The notes beneath the pieces were generated by a model that was not told where the DNA came from, ran no database searches, and was given only the letters and a program-made list of their open reading frames with translations. A program made the position numbers and the translations under genes. A stretch of DNA of 63,723 nt, counting the filler, from Reclinomonas americana ATCC 50394 (lineage: Eukaryota): NCBI GenBank assembly GCA_048213135.1. It is 5 parts of 3 records of this genome, joined end to end, with 100 filler letters (N's around TTAATTAATTAA, not from the genome) between each part and the next. Parts side by side here need not be neighbours in the genome. Positions count along the whole stretch, not along the records: positions 18,374 to 42,501 come from PS015145.1; 4 more parts are not named here. One strand, 5' to 3'. Shown here piece after piece: positions 26,945 through 40,895 of the stretch. Within the stretch, counting starts at the first letter, position 1, and each line of letters opens with the position of its first letter.

Positions 26945-29900
26945 CTACGCCATGCCTCTCCCACAAAAGGCTTCCAGCAGATCGGGGCTGAGGCCAATGG
27001 CCCCGTCGTACACCACACCGCTGACGTCGAGACTGTTGCCACCCACACTCCATCGCAAGCGCGGCATGTCGAGTACCGACAGCTCGGCCACAGCCTGCGA
27101 GTCGTCCGCTTGTTGCGCTCGCTGCACGTCCCACGCACGAAGCGAGCAATCTGCGCCGCAAAGCCATCATCGGCGACATGAGAGAGAGAGAGAGAGAGAG
27201 CACATCGGGCGGTGTGTCGGGACAGACCGTCAGCTGCGGTGAACAGCAGTCGATCGTCTTCCGAAAACAGCAAATCGTTGACCGTGGACGACACCTGGAG
27301 AAGGACGCGACTCCACAGGCGACCAACGCGCGCATTTGAGGTGCTCCACTGGCGCACGGTGTTGTCTTGCGAAGCGGAAAGGAGCCATCGCTGATCGTTG
27401 CTGAAGCGAAGCGACTGCATCGGGCACAACAAACACCAAACACAATTAAGCATCTTATAACAAAAGGATGCGAAAGAACACGCTGTGCAACTTTGATCGG
27501 CCGTGTGTGACCAAACAGCGACGCCAAGCACGTGCCATCCGCCACGCGCCACAAACGAACCGAAGCGTCCATACTGCAGCGCGTGTAAGAGCGCAATCAT
27601 CCAACTGCGCATAATACGTGAATGCTCACCTGCCCGACGCCAACAGCTGACCATTGCTCGGTGAAAACGCCAGCGACGTGATCCAATTGGCATGCCCACG
27701 AAGCTTGGACAGGCAACGCCCGGCGGCGACGTCCCACAACGCCACCAGTGTGTCGTCGCCACCGGTGGCCAACAGCGCACCCGCCGGAGCAAAACACACA
27801 CAGTTGACCACATCGTCGTGCGAGCCGGACAGCGAGCGTACGTCGCCGCTCTCGCGGTCCAGCACCAACACAATGCCGGAGAAATCCTCGCTTGCGGCCG
27901 ACGCCACGTATCTGCCATCGGCAGACACCGACACGGCTTGCACACCACTGCCGGTGCTGTGCGTCCACTCCTCTCGCACGCTGCCAGTCGTCGGATCGCG
28001 CACCGTAGCTGTCAGGCTACGCGCGCAGGCCACCACCAGCGAGGAGGTGCCACCAACCGTCATGGCCGCAATGTCGTCCACTGGCCCGTCGGACACGGTG
28101 AGCACATTGCGCGACTGGCCGTCAAAGGCGCCCCAGAAGCGCATCACTCCATCGTAGCCGGCGGAGACCAGTGTGTCGGAGTCGATGAGTACCATACATG
28201 TGACACGGTCGGTGTGACCGCCAGCGGCACGTGTCTCGGCCGTCACACTGGCCAACGGAGCAAGCACAGCGCCATTGGCACCAACAACACCGTCACCTGC
28301 CGACCGCAGCGACATGCCCTCCACATGCGCACCCCGGAAGGAGGCACGTCGCAACACAGCACCGGCCAGTGACACATTCCGCAAATCAGCGTCGTCCAGA
28401 ATGCACGACTCCATCACGGCCTGCGCGACACAGGTGAGGCGTGAATGGGAGAAAGGGGAAGAGCAAGGGGAAGAGGAAAGAGCAAGGGTAAAGAAGAATG
28501 AGCAATGCGGGCAAGAACAAGGCGGAATGTAAGGGGAAACGAAAAGAGAGACAGATAGAACGGGATGCCACTCACCTGCGTGAGACGGGCTCCGGGAATG
28601 CGCACGCCGCGCAAATTCATGTTGATGAACGAGAAGCGGCACAAGTTGAGGGCTGGATGCAGAAACGTGAACACCACAGAAGAATGACATGGAAAGGGGA
28701 GGAGACAGCAATATCAACACAGACCAGTGATTGCGTTGGCAGCAGCGGCGGCCAACTCTGCACGAGTGCGAGTTTCGAGTACCAGCGCCAAGAGGGCGGC
28801 TTGCACGCCGTCGCTCAACATGGCACGATCTGCAATGAGCTCCAGAATGTCGCTCTGTGACAAGAGAGAGACAGAATGAGTGTGGAAGCGACAGCAACGT
28901 GTGTGCGCGCGCGCATGTGACAATCACCTCACGATATCCGGTCAACACATGCATGTTGAGCAAGTGATGTGCAAGGTCGTGCATAGCGACCTGATCCAGC
29001 TCGGCGTCAGCCAACTGCGGAATGGAGCGCGGATTGATGGCGTCGCTGCGGACGCCGAGTGGATTCACGACAGGTGCACTGCCGAGGCCGATGGGGGCGG
29101 CCAGTAGTGTCTCCACAAAGTCGAACGCTGTGAAAAACTGCCACCACAGCGGATGCAGAAAGGCTGTGCCGGTCGGCAGCAGCAGCAGGGTGCGTCGGAA
29201 GGCGCCAGCTTTGGCCACAACCGAGGCGGTGGGTGGCGGAGTGGCGGCCACTTTGCGCGAGGCCAAGCGGCACTGCATGAAACAGTCGGCCACAGTGCGG
29301 ACCTCCTGTGCGTCAAGAACTGTATTGAGTGTGCGAGTGAGTCAGTGTTTCGCGAGCTTGCGCCAAGTACCGGCGCAAAGGAGGCAGCATCGGGCGACTG
29401 CAGCTGCTTCTCGAACCACCAGTGCGCCACATGATACAGCAAGCGATATCGTGTCATGCGGCCTGCGCGGGGTGTGAGCACCAACACAGAGAGAGGCATG
29501 TGGCGCATTGGAGACAAGCAACGCAACGTGACGAGTGCGACGAGGTGCGCGTGAAATCGGCAAACGCCGGCAGCGCCGTCGTCAGCATGTGCAAGAAGAG
29601 TGGCTGCCGAGGGACGTGAGCAAAACAAGCAGAACTTGACTGACAATCACCACGGACGCACAGTCTTGGTCAGGCGTCCCACGCCAGGAATGCTGGCCAC
29701 GTGCTGCGCCAAGAACTGGCGCGACTCGCCCGAGTACCCGCTGGTGTCTTGGTCCACGACTCTGCAGAATAGAGAGCGGAGTGAACAAAAGCGGCGAGGG
29801 CAACAGATCATCCACACACGCACGCACTTGGCGAAATACAGGCGCAGATCGTCGGGTCCCGGCGGTACCAACTCGCACTCCACTAATCGCTGCGACAGGA

Positions 29901-32073
29901 ACGAGGGCGGCGACAGGCTGCCCGAGCGCGACCGACTGCCACTGCGTGCACGATTATCCCGCAGACTCCCACTCCGGCTGCGCCCACCGCCTCCAGCACC
30001 TCCACCGCCGCCGCCCACACCAATGCCAGTTCCTGTAATGTTGAGTTGAGTCCCTTTGCGCCACACAACATGGGGATGTGCAGGGGAACAGGACTGTGGA
30101 CCTTCCAACGGCGACGTCCGACGCGGTGACAAGGCCGGGCTGATGGGACTCGTTTCGGCTTCGGGGTCCACCAGATTTGCGACGCCGAGGCCCAACTGCT
30201 TCACGGCGGCTCGGCGGCAGGTGAGAATGATCTTTACATTCCAGTCCTGCACAACGACGCTTGACTGTGTCACCGTCAAGAAAATATCGACTGCGTCATA
30301 CACACACATACCGACAAGTGGTTGACGACCCAGAAGTTCTTCTCGCGAATGGACGACGCACGCAGATCATCGTAGTTGTCGAGCAGCAGCAGAATTTGAC
30401 GACCCTCCAGCTTGATGTCCTCGATCTGTGGACCGCACGCGGTGAGTTGCCACCACCATCACATCACATGCTGTCGTTCGCGGGGTGACGGAACCTGCTC
30501 CAGAGAAAATCCGCGCGTCTTGAGCACGTGAAACATGAACTCTCCACCGAAAGCCAGAATATCTGAGACGGTTTGCATGGCCACAAAGATCGGAATCGGC
30601 GGGTGCGGCAAGCTGCCAGAGCCCCACGATTTCCACACATCGCGCTCCAGGTGATGCAGCAGCGCCGTCTTGCCAGCTCCCGGCAGGCCGCTCACCAGCA
30701 GCACCTACAGGCGAACCCAAGTCACACACACGCGTGCTGCAAGTGAACCTCCATGACAACAACTGCTGCGCACCTGGTCCACGGCGTCCTCCAGAAAGGT
30801 GTTGATGATGGTGAGTACGGGCACCGCGCGTGTGACAGGCTGCACAATGTTGCTGGTGGTACGCAGCGGGATGGATGGGTACCCGTGAAACATGTCTTGC
30901 CGGTCGTCGCCATCCAGCACCGCCACGCGCTTCGCTCGCAGCACGATCGAGGCGTGCACAATCGGGTCGTCGGTGGCAATGGTCGACACTGTGACACGCC
31001 CAGCGTGTGTGTGTGTGTGAGAGAGAGAGAGAGCCACGCATCTTCAAACAGAGACAGTCACCAACCATCGATAGTGGCGACCTCGGGCACTGGTGACTCC
31101 AACGCCGGAACCACAGCAGCTGAAGAAGCAGCAGCAGCAGCAGCAGCAGGAGACATCGGTGCTGGTGCCGACACCTCCAGCGTCGATGGCGGCGGTGGCG
31201 GCGATACCACCGCCGCTGCAGGCTCCGCTGCCTCTGCGACCGCCTCCGGCATGGCCGGGGTGGCCTGTGCGGCAGCCGACGACGAATCGTCGCCCATGTC
31301 AATGTACACGTCGCTCGAGTCGGCCGAGTCCACGTCGGCCTCCACCGCATTGGCCACCGCAGCCGGCTCTGCACCAGTGGTGCTGTCAGCGGGAGTGCCA
31401 CCATCACCAAAAAACAGAGAGATAAGAATAGTGCGCAAACCGACAGCGGCAGCCTCGACGGCCTCCGGGGAAACCCCACCCTCTGCGACCGCAGCCGTCG
31501 ACGACGTTGCTGCTGACGCTGTGCTCACATCATCGGCAGCATTGTCTGCATGCTCGTCAACGCGGTCGGGCATGAGTGCCGAAGGCTCCGGCAGTGTCGA
31601 CGGTGGTGGTGGGGGCGAGGCGGGTGGTGGCGGTGGCGACACCAGCAGTGATGTCGGTGGCGAGTAACCATCGCGCGTATCAGCACCCAGTGGAAGTGGA
31701 GGTGGCAGCGCCAGAAGCAGGGCAGCATCAACGCCGTCGGCGTTGGCGCCGGCGATGTTGTTGCTGAGATTGCGATGCACCGGCGACGAATCATCCAATC
31801 TCACTGTGCGTGCGTGTGCGTGCATGGCATTCAGCATGCAGACATACACACATAGGCGGAGATTGTGCTGTGCGGGGAGGAGGAGACAAGCATGTACGCA
31901 CACGAGGGAGTGTCGCGGAATGGTGACTCGGCGGGCGTGGTGGCCGAGACCACTGCAGTTTCGTGCACTTTTGCTGCGGCCTGCGTCTCGTGCTGCAACG
32001 GTGCGCGACGCACATCGACGGGTCGCGAGGCGCAGCAGCCACCACCGACCAGTGGTTGTCGTCGCGCGAACAT
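26945..32073 (-). CDS. NLR-like STAND protein: low-complexity N-terminus, NACHT-type NTPase, pentapeptide repeats, WD40 repeats
   Basis: Walker A VLLVSGLPGAGKT, Walker B ILLLLDNYDDL, KIILTCR, TPLFLHML, FLHPLWWQFF, AAANAITALNLCRFSFINMNLRGVRIPGARL, ADLRNVSLAGAVLRRASF, WD40 blades and a C-terminal LRWSVG...GAIGLS segment. Confidence 0.85.
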
Positions 32074-32633
32074 TGGCGGCGGCAGTGAAAAAGCCGATTN
32101 NNNNNNNNNNNNNNNNNNNNNNNNNNNNNNNNNNNNNNNNNNNNNNNNNNNNNNNNNNNNNNNNNNNNNNNNNNNNNNNNNNNNNNNNNNNNNNNNNNNN
32201 NNNNNNNNNNNNNNNNNNNNNNNNNNNNNNNNNNNNNNNNNNNNNNNNNNNNNNNNNNNNNNNNNNNNNNNNNNNNNNNNNNNNNNNNNNNNNNNNNNNN
32301 NNNNNNNNNNNNNNNNNNNNNNNNNNNNNNNNNNNNNNNNNNNNNNNNNNNNNNNNNNNNNNNNNNNNNNNNNNNNNNNNNNNNNNNNNNNNNNNNNNNN
32401 NNNNNNNNNNNNNNNNNNNNNNNNNNNNNNNNNNNNNNNNNNNNNNNNNNNNNNNNNNNNNNNNNNNNNNNNNNNNNNNNNNNNNNNNNNNNNNNNNNNN
32501 NNNNNNNNNNNNNNNNNNNNNNNNNNNNNNNNNNNNNNNNNNNNNNNNNNNNNNNNNNNNNNNNNNNNNNNNNNNNNNNNNNNNNNNNNNNNNNNNNNNN
32601 NNNNNNNNNNNNNNNNNNNAACCACCACCACAG

Positions 32634-34811
32634 GGCACCGTGTCCTTCGCCTCCGGCCTGATGGGCTGGGGCTTTGGTCTGAAGCAGTTTGCTCGCACCT
32701 ACTCGCGCAAGTTCGGCGTGGAGGAATCCAAGCTGGTCGAGCGCCTGTGGGGCGACAACTTCTTCGACGGCAAGGCCAAGACGTGGAAGAAGTCCAGCGA
32801 CGGCTCGGACGGCACCTCGCTCAAGCGCGCCTTCTGCCAGTTCGTGCTGGACCCGATCTACCAGCTCTTCGACGCTGTCATGAACGAGAAGACTGCCGTG
32901 ACGGAGAAGATGCTCACCTCGCTCAACATCCGCCTGACGGTGGAGGAGCGCGGCCAGCAGCCCAAGCGCCTGCTCAAGGCCATCATGCAGAAGTTCCTGC
33001 CGGCTGCCGACGCTCTGCTGGAGATGATTGTCGTCCACCTGCCGTCCCCGGCCACCGCGCAGCGCTACCGTGCCGAGCTGCTGTACAACGGCCCCAAGGA
33101 TGACCGCGTTGCGTCTCCCCTTATCCTCTCCTCCCCAGTTTTAAGATGACAAGATGCTGACTTTGCTTGCGCCTTCCACAGTACTGCCAGTCGATCCGCG
33201 ACTGCAACCCCGACGGCCCGCTGATCATGTACGTGTCCAAGATGGTGCCGACGTCCGACAAGGGCCGCTTCTACGCCTTCGGTCGTGTGTTCTCTGGCAA
33301 GATCCGCACTGGCCAGAAGTGCCGCATCATGGGCTCCAACTACGAGCCTGGCAAGAAGGTTTGTTGTGTTCTGCCCTTCTCTTCGCGTTTTCTTTCCCTC
33401 TGTCCCCCCTCTCCCCTTCTCCTCTCCCCTCCCCTTTCCCCATTCCTCATCCCTTCCCCTTCCCTCTCCACCCCAGGACGACCTGTACGTCAAGAACGTG
33501 CAGCGCACCGTGCTCATGATGGGCCGCTACACTGAGGCCGTGGAGGACGTGCCTTGCGGCAACGTCGTGGGTCTGGTCGGTGTCGATCAGTACCTGGTCA
33601 AGACCGGCACCCTCACCGACGAGGACTGCGTCGATGCCTGCCCGCTGGTGGACATGAAGTACTCCGTGTCGCCTGTCGTGCGTGTCGCCGTCGAGGCCAA
33701 GAACCCGGCCGATCTGCCCAAGCTGGTCGAGGGTCTGAAGCGTCTGGCCAAGTCCGACCCGCTGGTGCAGTGCACCATTGAGGAGAGCGGCGAGCACATT
33801 ATTGCCGGCGCCGGCGAGCTCCACCTCGAGATTTGCTTGAAGGATCTGCAGGACGACTTCACTGGCGTGCCGCTCCGCATCTCGGAGCCCGTCGTGTCGT
33901 TCCGCGAGACGGTGTCGGAGGAGGGCCAGGAGGACTGCCTCTCCAAGTCGCCGAACAAGCACAACCGTATCTACATGCGCGCGCAGCCGCTGACGGAGGA
34001 GCTGGCCCTCGACATTGAGGCCAAGAACCTCAACCCGCGTGATGACGCCAAGGTCCGCGCTCGCTTCCTGGCCGACAACTACGGCTGGGACGCTGGTGAT
34101 GCCCGCAAGATCTGGGCCTTGGCCCCGATGGCCTCGGCCCCAACCTCGTGATGGACGCCACCAAGGTGAATACTTTTCTATCGCAGTCTGCCTTTTTGCA
34201 ACCTTTTCCTCACCTCGACTTGCGCGCGCGCACAGGCCGTGCAATACCTCAATGAGGTCAAGGAGCACATCACCGCCGCTTTCCAGATCGCCTCCCGCGA
34301 GGGTGTGTTGGCCGACGAGCACATGCGTGGTGTGCGCTTCAACGTCATGGACGTGACGCTCCACCCCGATGCCGTGCATCGCGGTGCCGGTCAGGTCATG
34401 CCGCCGGCTAAGCGCGCCATGCAGGGCGCCGCCTACATGGCTGCCCCGCGCCTCATGGAGCCCATCTACCTGGTCGACATCCAGTGCCCCGAGCACGCCA
34501 TGGGTGGCATCTACGGTGTGATGAACCGCCGCCGTGGTCAGGTCATTGGCGAGGAGAACCGCCTCGGCACGCCGCTGTACCAAGTCAAGGCTCACTTGCC
34601 TGTGGCTGACTCGTTCGGCTTCACTGCCGACCTGCGCTCCAACACTGGTGGCCAGGCCTTCCCGCAGATGATGTTCGACCACTGGGCGATTGTCAATGGC
34701 GATCCCCTCGAGGAGGGCAGCAAGCCCAACGAGTTCGTCAAGGCAACACGCAAGCGCAAGGGCCTGGCGGAGAACATCCCGGGTCTGGACCGCTACCGCG
34801 ACAAGCTCTAA
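32634..34811 (+). CDS. EEF2: Translation elongation factor 2, 3' part (apparent 1-nt frameshift at about 34119)
   Basis: [71 protein letters not shown], diphthamide loop DAVHRGAGQ, ends YRDKL*. Confidence 0.97.
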
Positions 34812-36291
34812 ACAGGGCACACTTTCCCCTTCGCGTGGTGGAGGGTGGAAGGAGAAGGAGGAGGTTGAGTGGGTGAGAAGCAGGCGGTGTCGATTCCAGT
34901 TTTTTTGCTGGTGTCGCTGCCACTGCCTTTGGCTCATTTTTCATCTCCCTTTCTCTTCTCTTTCTCTTACTGCGTCACATCTTAATCCCCCCTGTTCCTT
35001 GTCCATTCCCTGTCTTGTGTTGTGCTTTTTCCCCATACCTGTTTGCTTCGAGCTCCGCCTTCTTCTTTTTGTGTGCGTGTGTGGTCTTGTCTGTTTGGTC
35101 GGTGGTGTGGTTTGTCGCTCGCTCGCGCACACTCTTGCTTGCACCCGTGGTCTTGTGTCCGCTTTGGAGGTAGCACAACACTGCCACTTGTGTGCTTTGT
35201 GTATGACTGTGTGTCGTGTGTGTGTGTGTCTCGTAAGTGCGTGTGATGTACCGAAACAAAGAATGAAACACTGTCGAGAGAGAAACTTAAAAGAAAAAAT
35301 GCGGGAAATAATCNNNNNNNNNNNNNNNNNNNNNNNNNNNNNNNNNNNNNNNNNNNNNNNNNNNNNNNNNNNNNNNNNNNNNNNNNNNNNNNNNNNNNNN
35401 NNNNNNNNNNNNNNNNNNNNNNNNNNNNNNNNNNNNNNNNNNNNNNNNNNNNNNNNNNNNNNNNNNNNNNNNNNNNNNNNNNNNNNNNNNNNNNNNNNNN
35501 NNNNNNNNNNNNNNNNNNNNNNNNNNNNNNNNNNNNNNNNNNNNNNNNNNNNNNNNNNNNNNNNNNNNNNNNNNNNNNNNNNNNNNNNNNNNNNNNNNNN
35601 NNNNNNNNNNNNNNNNNNNNNNNNNNNNNNNNNNNNNNNNNNNNNNNNNNNNNNNNNNNNNNNNNNNNNNNNNNNNNNNNNNNNNNNNNNNNNNNNNNNN
35701 NNNNNNNNNNNNNNNNNNNNNNNNNNNNNNNNNNNNNNNNNNNNNNNNNNNNNNNNNNNNNNNNNNNNNNNNNNNNNNNNNNNNNNNNNNNNNNNNNNNN
35801 NNNNNNNNNNNNNNNNNNNNNNNNNNNNNNNNNNNNNNNNNNNNNNNNNNNNNNNNNNNNNNNNNNNNNNNNNNNNNNNNNNNNNNNNNNNNNNNNNNNN
35901 NNNNNNNNNNNNNNNNNNNNNNNNNNNNNNNNNNNNNNNNNNNNNNNNNNNNNNNNNNNNNNNNNNNNNNNNNNNNNNNNNNNNNNNNNNNNNNNNNNNN
36001 NNNNNNNNNNNNNNNNNNNNNNNNNNNNNNNNNNNNNNNNNNNNNNNNNNNNNNNNNNNNNNNNNNNNNNNNNNNNNNNNNNNNNNNNNNNNNNNNNNNN
36101 NNNNNNNNNNNNNNNNNNNNNNNNNNNNNNNNNNNNNNNNNNNNNNNNNNNNNNNNNNNNNNNNNNNNNNNNNNNNNNNNNNNNAGTGAAAAGGGGTGAA
36201 GAGGGAAAAGGGGGGAGAGAGACAGGCAAGACAAAGAACGCAAACGCCGCACACAATAGAAAAGACACACACTCCTCTTCTTCTCTCTCAC

Positions 36292-37952
36292 CTTGTCGGG
36301 GTACACCTGCACGTCGCCAAGACCCTCATCGCGGTAGGTCTCAATGACCACGTTGACGGACTCGATCGACTTCGAGAAGCTCTGGTACGCGGCCTCAGGC
36401 TGCAGCTGGAGCTCCAGAATGGCGCGGTCGAGCTTGTTGACGACAAGCACCGGCTTGATGCGCTCCGACAGAGCCTGGCGCAGCACGGTCTCGGTCTGCA
36501 CGCACACGCCCTCGACGCAATCGACGACGACCAAAGCGCCGTCAGTCACACGCAGAGCGGCAGTCACCTGTGTTAAAAAAGCAAAGGGTGTGAGGGGATA
36601 CAAGCGATGGATGAGGAGGACGGGAGAACAAACCTCCGAGCTGAAGTCGACGTGACCGGGGGAGTCGATGAGGTTGATCAGGTACGACTCCTTCTCGCCC
36701 TCAGGGGCGTCGAGCTTCTGCATGGCGAAGAAGAGCGAGATCGAGGTGGCCTTGATGGTAATGCAGCGATCCTGCTCGTCCTGGCGGGTATCTAATGGGA
36801 GGGAGAAGGGAGGTGAGAAGGGGGGCAAGATGGAGGGACAGAGAAAGGAAGGAGGAAGAACACCCAAAGCCAGAGATGACATGACGCGTCGGCAACATGA
36901 CAGGAAAAGCGTGGCCGACATGGCGCGGACATGTCGAGGCGCCACGAGAAGCACGCACCACGCCAGCACAGCGACGCACAAGACGAAACAGGTAGACGTG
37001 GCAAGAGGCGAGGGCGAGAGAGACAGGGGGATGAAAGAAGGGGAGAAGCGGAGGAGTGGGTTGCGAAGCGTGTGCATGTTGCACCGCCAAGACGACGAGT
37101 GACGATGCCAGGCACCCAAGTACTGCAGCACCTCTCTTATTGTCCTCGCAGGGCACGACAATGAAGCGAACGCAAAGAAAAAGAGTGCGGTGGTTTGGTG
37201 CAACAAAAGCACAAGTGCAGATGCACATGGCCAAACTCACACGCGCCGAATCTTTTCGCTTCTCTCCACTCATCTCGCTCTCTCCCCTTGTCCCTCTCTC
37301 CGCCCAACAACAATGCGACAAGAAGAGAGAGAGAGACTGACACGCAAAGAGAACATGATATTCAAGTGTGCGCGGGAGCGCGGAATCCTCAAACGCACTC
37401 CGATCCCACCACCACAACAACAGCAACAACACTCACCAGTGATGCGCTTGTCACCGGCATCGGCAATGGCGATGATACCGGCGGCGGCGACCAGACTGTG
37501 CCAAGGGGAGAGAGAATGCGTGTGAGCACGCCGACAAGCACGCGCCAAAATACATCACCACGCACAAACGCACCTGTCGGTCAGGGTGGACTTGCCGTGA
37601 TCGACGTGAGCAATCACAGACTGTGCGCGACAAAGTGGCGATGAGCAACACGGTGAGCGGCACGGAAAGGGGGCGAGAGCGTGTGACAAGAGCGACATGG
37701 CGCATCATGTGGAGCTAAACATGGCTCCCTCCCCTTTTGCCCCTCCCCCCACCGCCCCAAGCACCCACTCACCATGTTACGAATGCTCGTCTTGATGTCC
37801 ATGATGCGGCGGACTTCGTCTACGCTGAAGTTCACCTGTGGGGAGCGAGGAAGAGAAGCGGAGCGCAGAGTGAGTCTTCCGATGGCAAACCCCCGACGAC
37901 ACATGAAGATTGCTGCGCAATGAGCGAGAGTGGACGGGTGTGTGCGCACCAT
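36292..37952 (-). CDS. EEF2: Translation elongation factor 2, 5' part (G domain)
   Basis: [14 protein letters not shown]...[22 protein letters not shown]..., [40 protein letters not shown]. Ends GDVQVYPDK|gt, exactly where the + strand part begins. Confidence 0.97.
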
Positions 37953-38558
37953 GGTGATAACTGGTTGGTTAACAGGGGGGAGGTAGCACGGATAACGAGA
38001 GAGAAGGGTGAGGGAGCTTTGCGCAACACCACACCGAATATAACTAAGAGGCGATCCGTCGGTCGAGCCAACGTCCCAACTTCCTGCAACTTCTGCCGAT
38101 CAGGCGTATTGAGAGGCTCTATTGCCGTGTACAAGGTTCGCTCTCGACGAAACTGCCAGGAGGAGGGCCGCTCTCAGGCGTGCATGTGGTCTGCGTGCCG
38201 GAAATTCGAAAAGAATATTCTCTCGCGATCGGGAGAGAGAAAAGAGAAGAGAAGAGAAAGCGCAACACTCTCCCGAATGCTGTACATTGCCTTGGTCGTT
38301 TAACATGACTGTGCTGCTGTGAGTGGGTTGAAGAAGTCGTCGCCCTTTGCGATCACATGCTCGGCAAAGCATCTATGTGCCGCCCTCTCCGCCTACTGGA
38401 TGGTGCGCCACTCGTTGTTCCCATTGGTGTTCACACAGATTGGTCAGTGACAGTGCATGCCAGAGAGAGGAAGCGATGGAGACGAGGAGAAAGTGGAATT
38501 GACCGTCGGTTTTCGCCAACAGAAACCATGGACATCACACGCATGACTCTCCACGCAT

Positions 38559-40550
38559 TCAGTCGGCGTGCCACTTGAGGCGACCAAAGTTGCACTCGTC
38601 GAGCACCGGGCGCCAGAGTGCACTGTGGCGACGGATCGCCAACATGTCGTTTCCGCACCAATCGGCCGGATTACGATCTTGCCATGCAACGTGCATGCCG
38701 CACACTTCGTGCACATCCTGCCATCGTAATGGTCAGACACTGGGAAGAGAAAGGAAAACTGGGACTTGCAGACGAACCTGCCACCAGAGTCCGCTGACTG
38801 GAATGCACAAGCCCACGGCCACAATGAACACATCGAAATCGCGCTCGTCAAGCCACGCCACGAACTCGCGCAGTGTCGGCGACGGCATCGTGCCGACGGC
38901 GCGTGCCGCTCGGAAAGACTTGTCTTGCGTCATTTTGGTCAGGGTGGTGAAGTCTGCACAGACACGCCAGAAAGCACACGTTCAGTGACAACTGCTCGCG
39001 ACAGCAAACTGCGAGATGCGGGGCGCACCGTCGTTCCAGAAGAGACCGTACTCGAAGGAGAACAAGTCGACCTTGCGCTGTTGCAGCAGTCGTTCCATTC
39101 CCTTGATCACGTACGAGTCCCAGCCCTCCACATCGATCTGTGTGCGTGCATTGGTACAATACTGGTACCAAAACCTGTTCTTGTGCACAGCGCACCTTGA
39201 TGTAAAAAATTTTCCGCCCCTCTGTCAACACCGCCTTGGCCTCCGGGTCGTTCTCCATGAACCAGTCGAGGCGCATCGTGGGAATCGTGTCTACTGGCTC
39301 CTGACTCACGCCGAGCATCTCCACTTCACGCACAGTCGGCTGTCGCAGCCTATAGCACACAGCGCATTGTTGTGAGTGCTGTGCGCGATACGCCACCCGT
39401 GCGACATGTGCAACAAGAACAAACCCGTAGAGATTGCCAGCTTCCCTCCACTGCAAACACACAGGCATGTCAGAATCTGCGCATGCGTCTATCCACTCCC
39501 CCGAAGCGCACACGCAGTAATCACCTGGCTCATCGCGTACAATGGCTGCGCCTCCACATTCTGATCGCTCAGTCCCACACGGTGCGGCATAAGCGTGCCG
39601 GGCGGGAGCTCGGCGGCCGAAGACACCAGTCCATTAAATGCCGTCTCACCCGGTTCAAACGCGAACACCCGTGCGCCGTACTTTCCCAGTCGCTGGCCGA
39701 ACAGAACGGCATCGGAGTGACAGGCGATTTCACTCGCAAAGTCACCGGCACCTGCGCGCATGCCACGTGAGTGCGGCCAGCGAGAGAGTGGACGCATGCA
39801 CTTCTTGCGCGATGTGCAACAAACGCAACCAACATCCACCAGGATTGGCGGGTCGAAAGCCGCTCTCTCTTCGTCGCTCACATTGAGAGATTTGTCCTTT
39901 TGCACGCGGTGCCACAAGAGACCAAGCTTGGTGTGCAGCGTCTTCAACGGTCCACCAAACACACTTGCAGTGCGAGTGAAATTCAGGCACCAGTGGTGCA
40001 AATGGTCCAACAGCCAATCAGAGAGCGCATTCCGCCAGCGCATGACTCGTTGCTGCTGGCGATGCGCCTCCAGACCGGCACGAAGCTCTGCCGCGATGGT
40101 CGGAGGTGTTTGCTGCAATACTACAAGAGTGTGTGAGTGATCATGAGAGAGAGAGCGAGACGACACCGCGTGTCAGCAAAGCGGACGTGCCTTGCTCGGC
40201 TCCCGCCGACCAGTCTCCCACAGTGTGGCCCACTGGCGGCGGCAGCTCATGCGGCGCTCCCCTCACAGTACAGTCGGCAACGTGCTGCGCACCAGCACAA
40301 CAAGCGTCATTCGAGAAAAAACCATTGTCGAGTGGGAACAAAACTGCTCAGAGCGAACGCACATCCTCGATCGACTCTAGTAGAATGCGTTCGACGCGCT
40401 CCACAAACGCCTCCTCAGTGGTCGCCCGTTGCACGTCATGGTGCTTGGCGTAAAAGTCCTTGGCTGTCGACATGACACCTCGTCAATGGCAAAGTGCGGA
40501 AGGCAGAATTTCTCTCTCTCTCTCCCACCCTCCCTATCCCTCTCTCTTCT

Positions 40551-40606
<56 letters not shown>

Positions 40607-40895
40607 NNNNNNNNNNNNNNNNNNNNNNNNNNNNNNNNNNNNNNNNNNNNNNNNNNNNNNNNNNNNNNNNNNNNNNNNNNNNNNNNNNCACAAGACACTA
40701 GACACACACAAAGACTGACTGACCAGCTCCATGCAAGGATGATGATGATGGTGCGGGTGGATGAGGAGGAGGAGGAGGATGTTGATGACGATGATCGTCG
40801 GTGGAGGGTGTATTGTCGATGAGGTGGTGTGATGATCCGTCGCGACGCAATGGCTGGAGAGAGGGGCGACGCTGAGCGGGTTCGTCGGCGGGCAT
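38559..40895 (-). CDS. FkbM-family SAM-dependent methyltransferase (5' exons uncertain)
   Basis: Spliced ILVDVG|AG, RVFAFEP, VGLSD, TMRLDWF and IFYIK|IDVEGWDSYVIKGMERLL...FEY are the FkbM signature motifs. Confidence 0.85.

Noticed and set aside
34111-34130. Frameshift in EF2 (TGG GCC TT GGC; expected W-A-F-G) as programmed frameshifting, editing or a pseudogene
   Set aside because: A single missing base in a T run of an otherwise intact, codon-biased essential gene is most simply a sequencing or consensus error. Raw reads would settle it.
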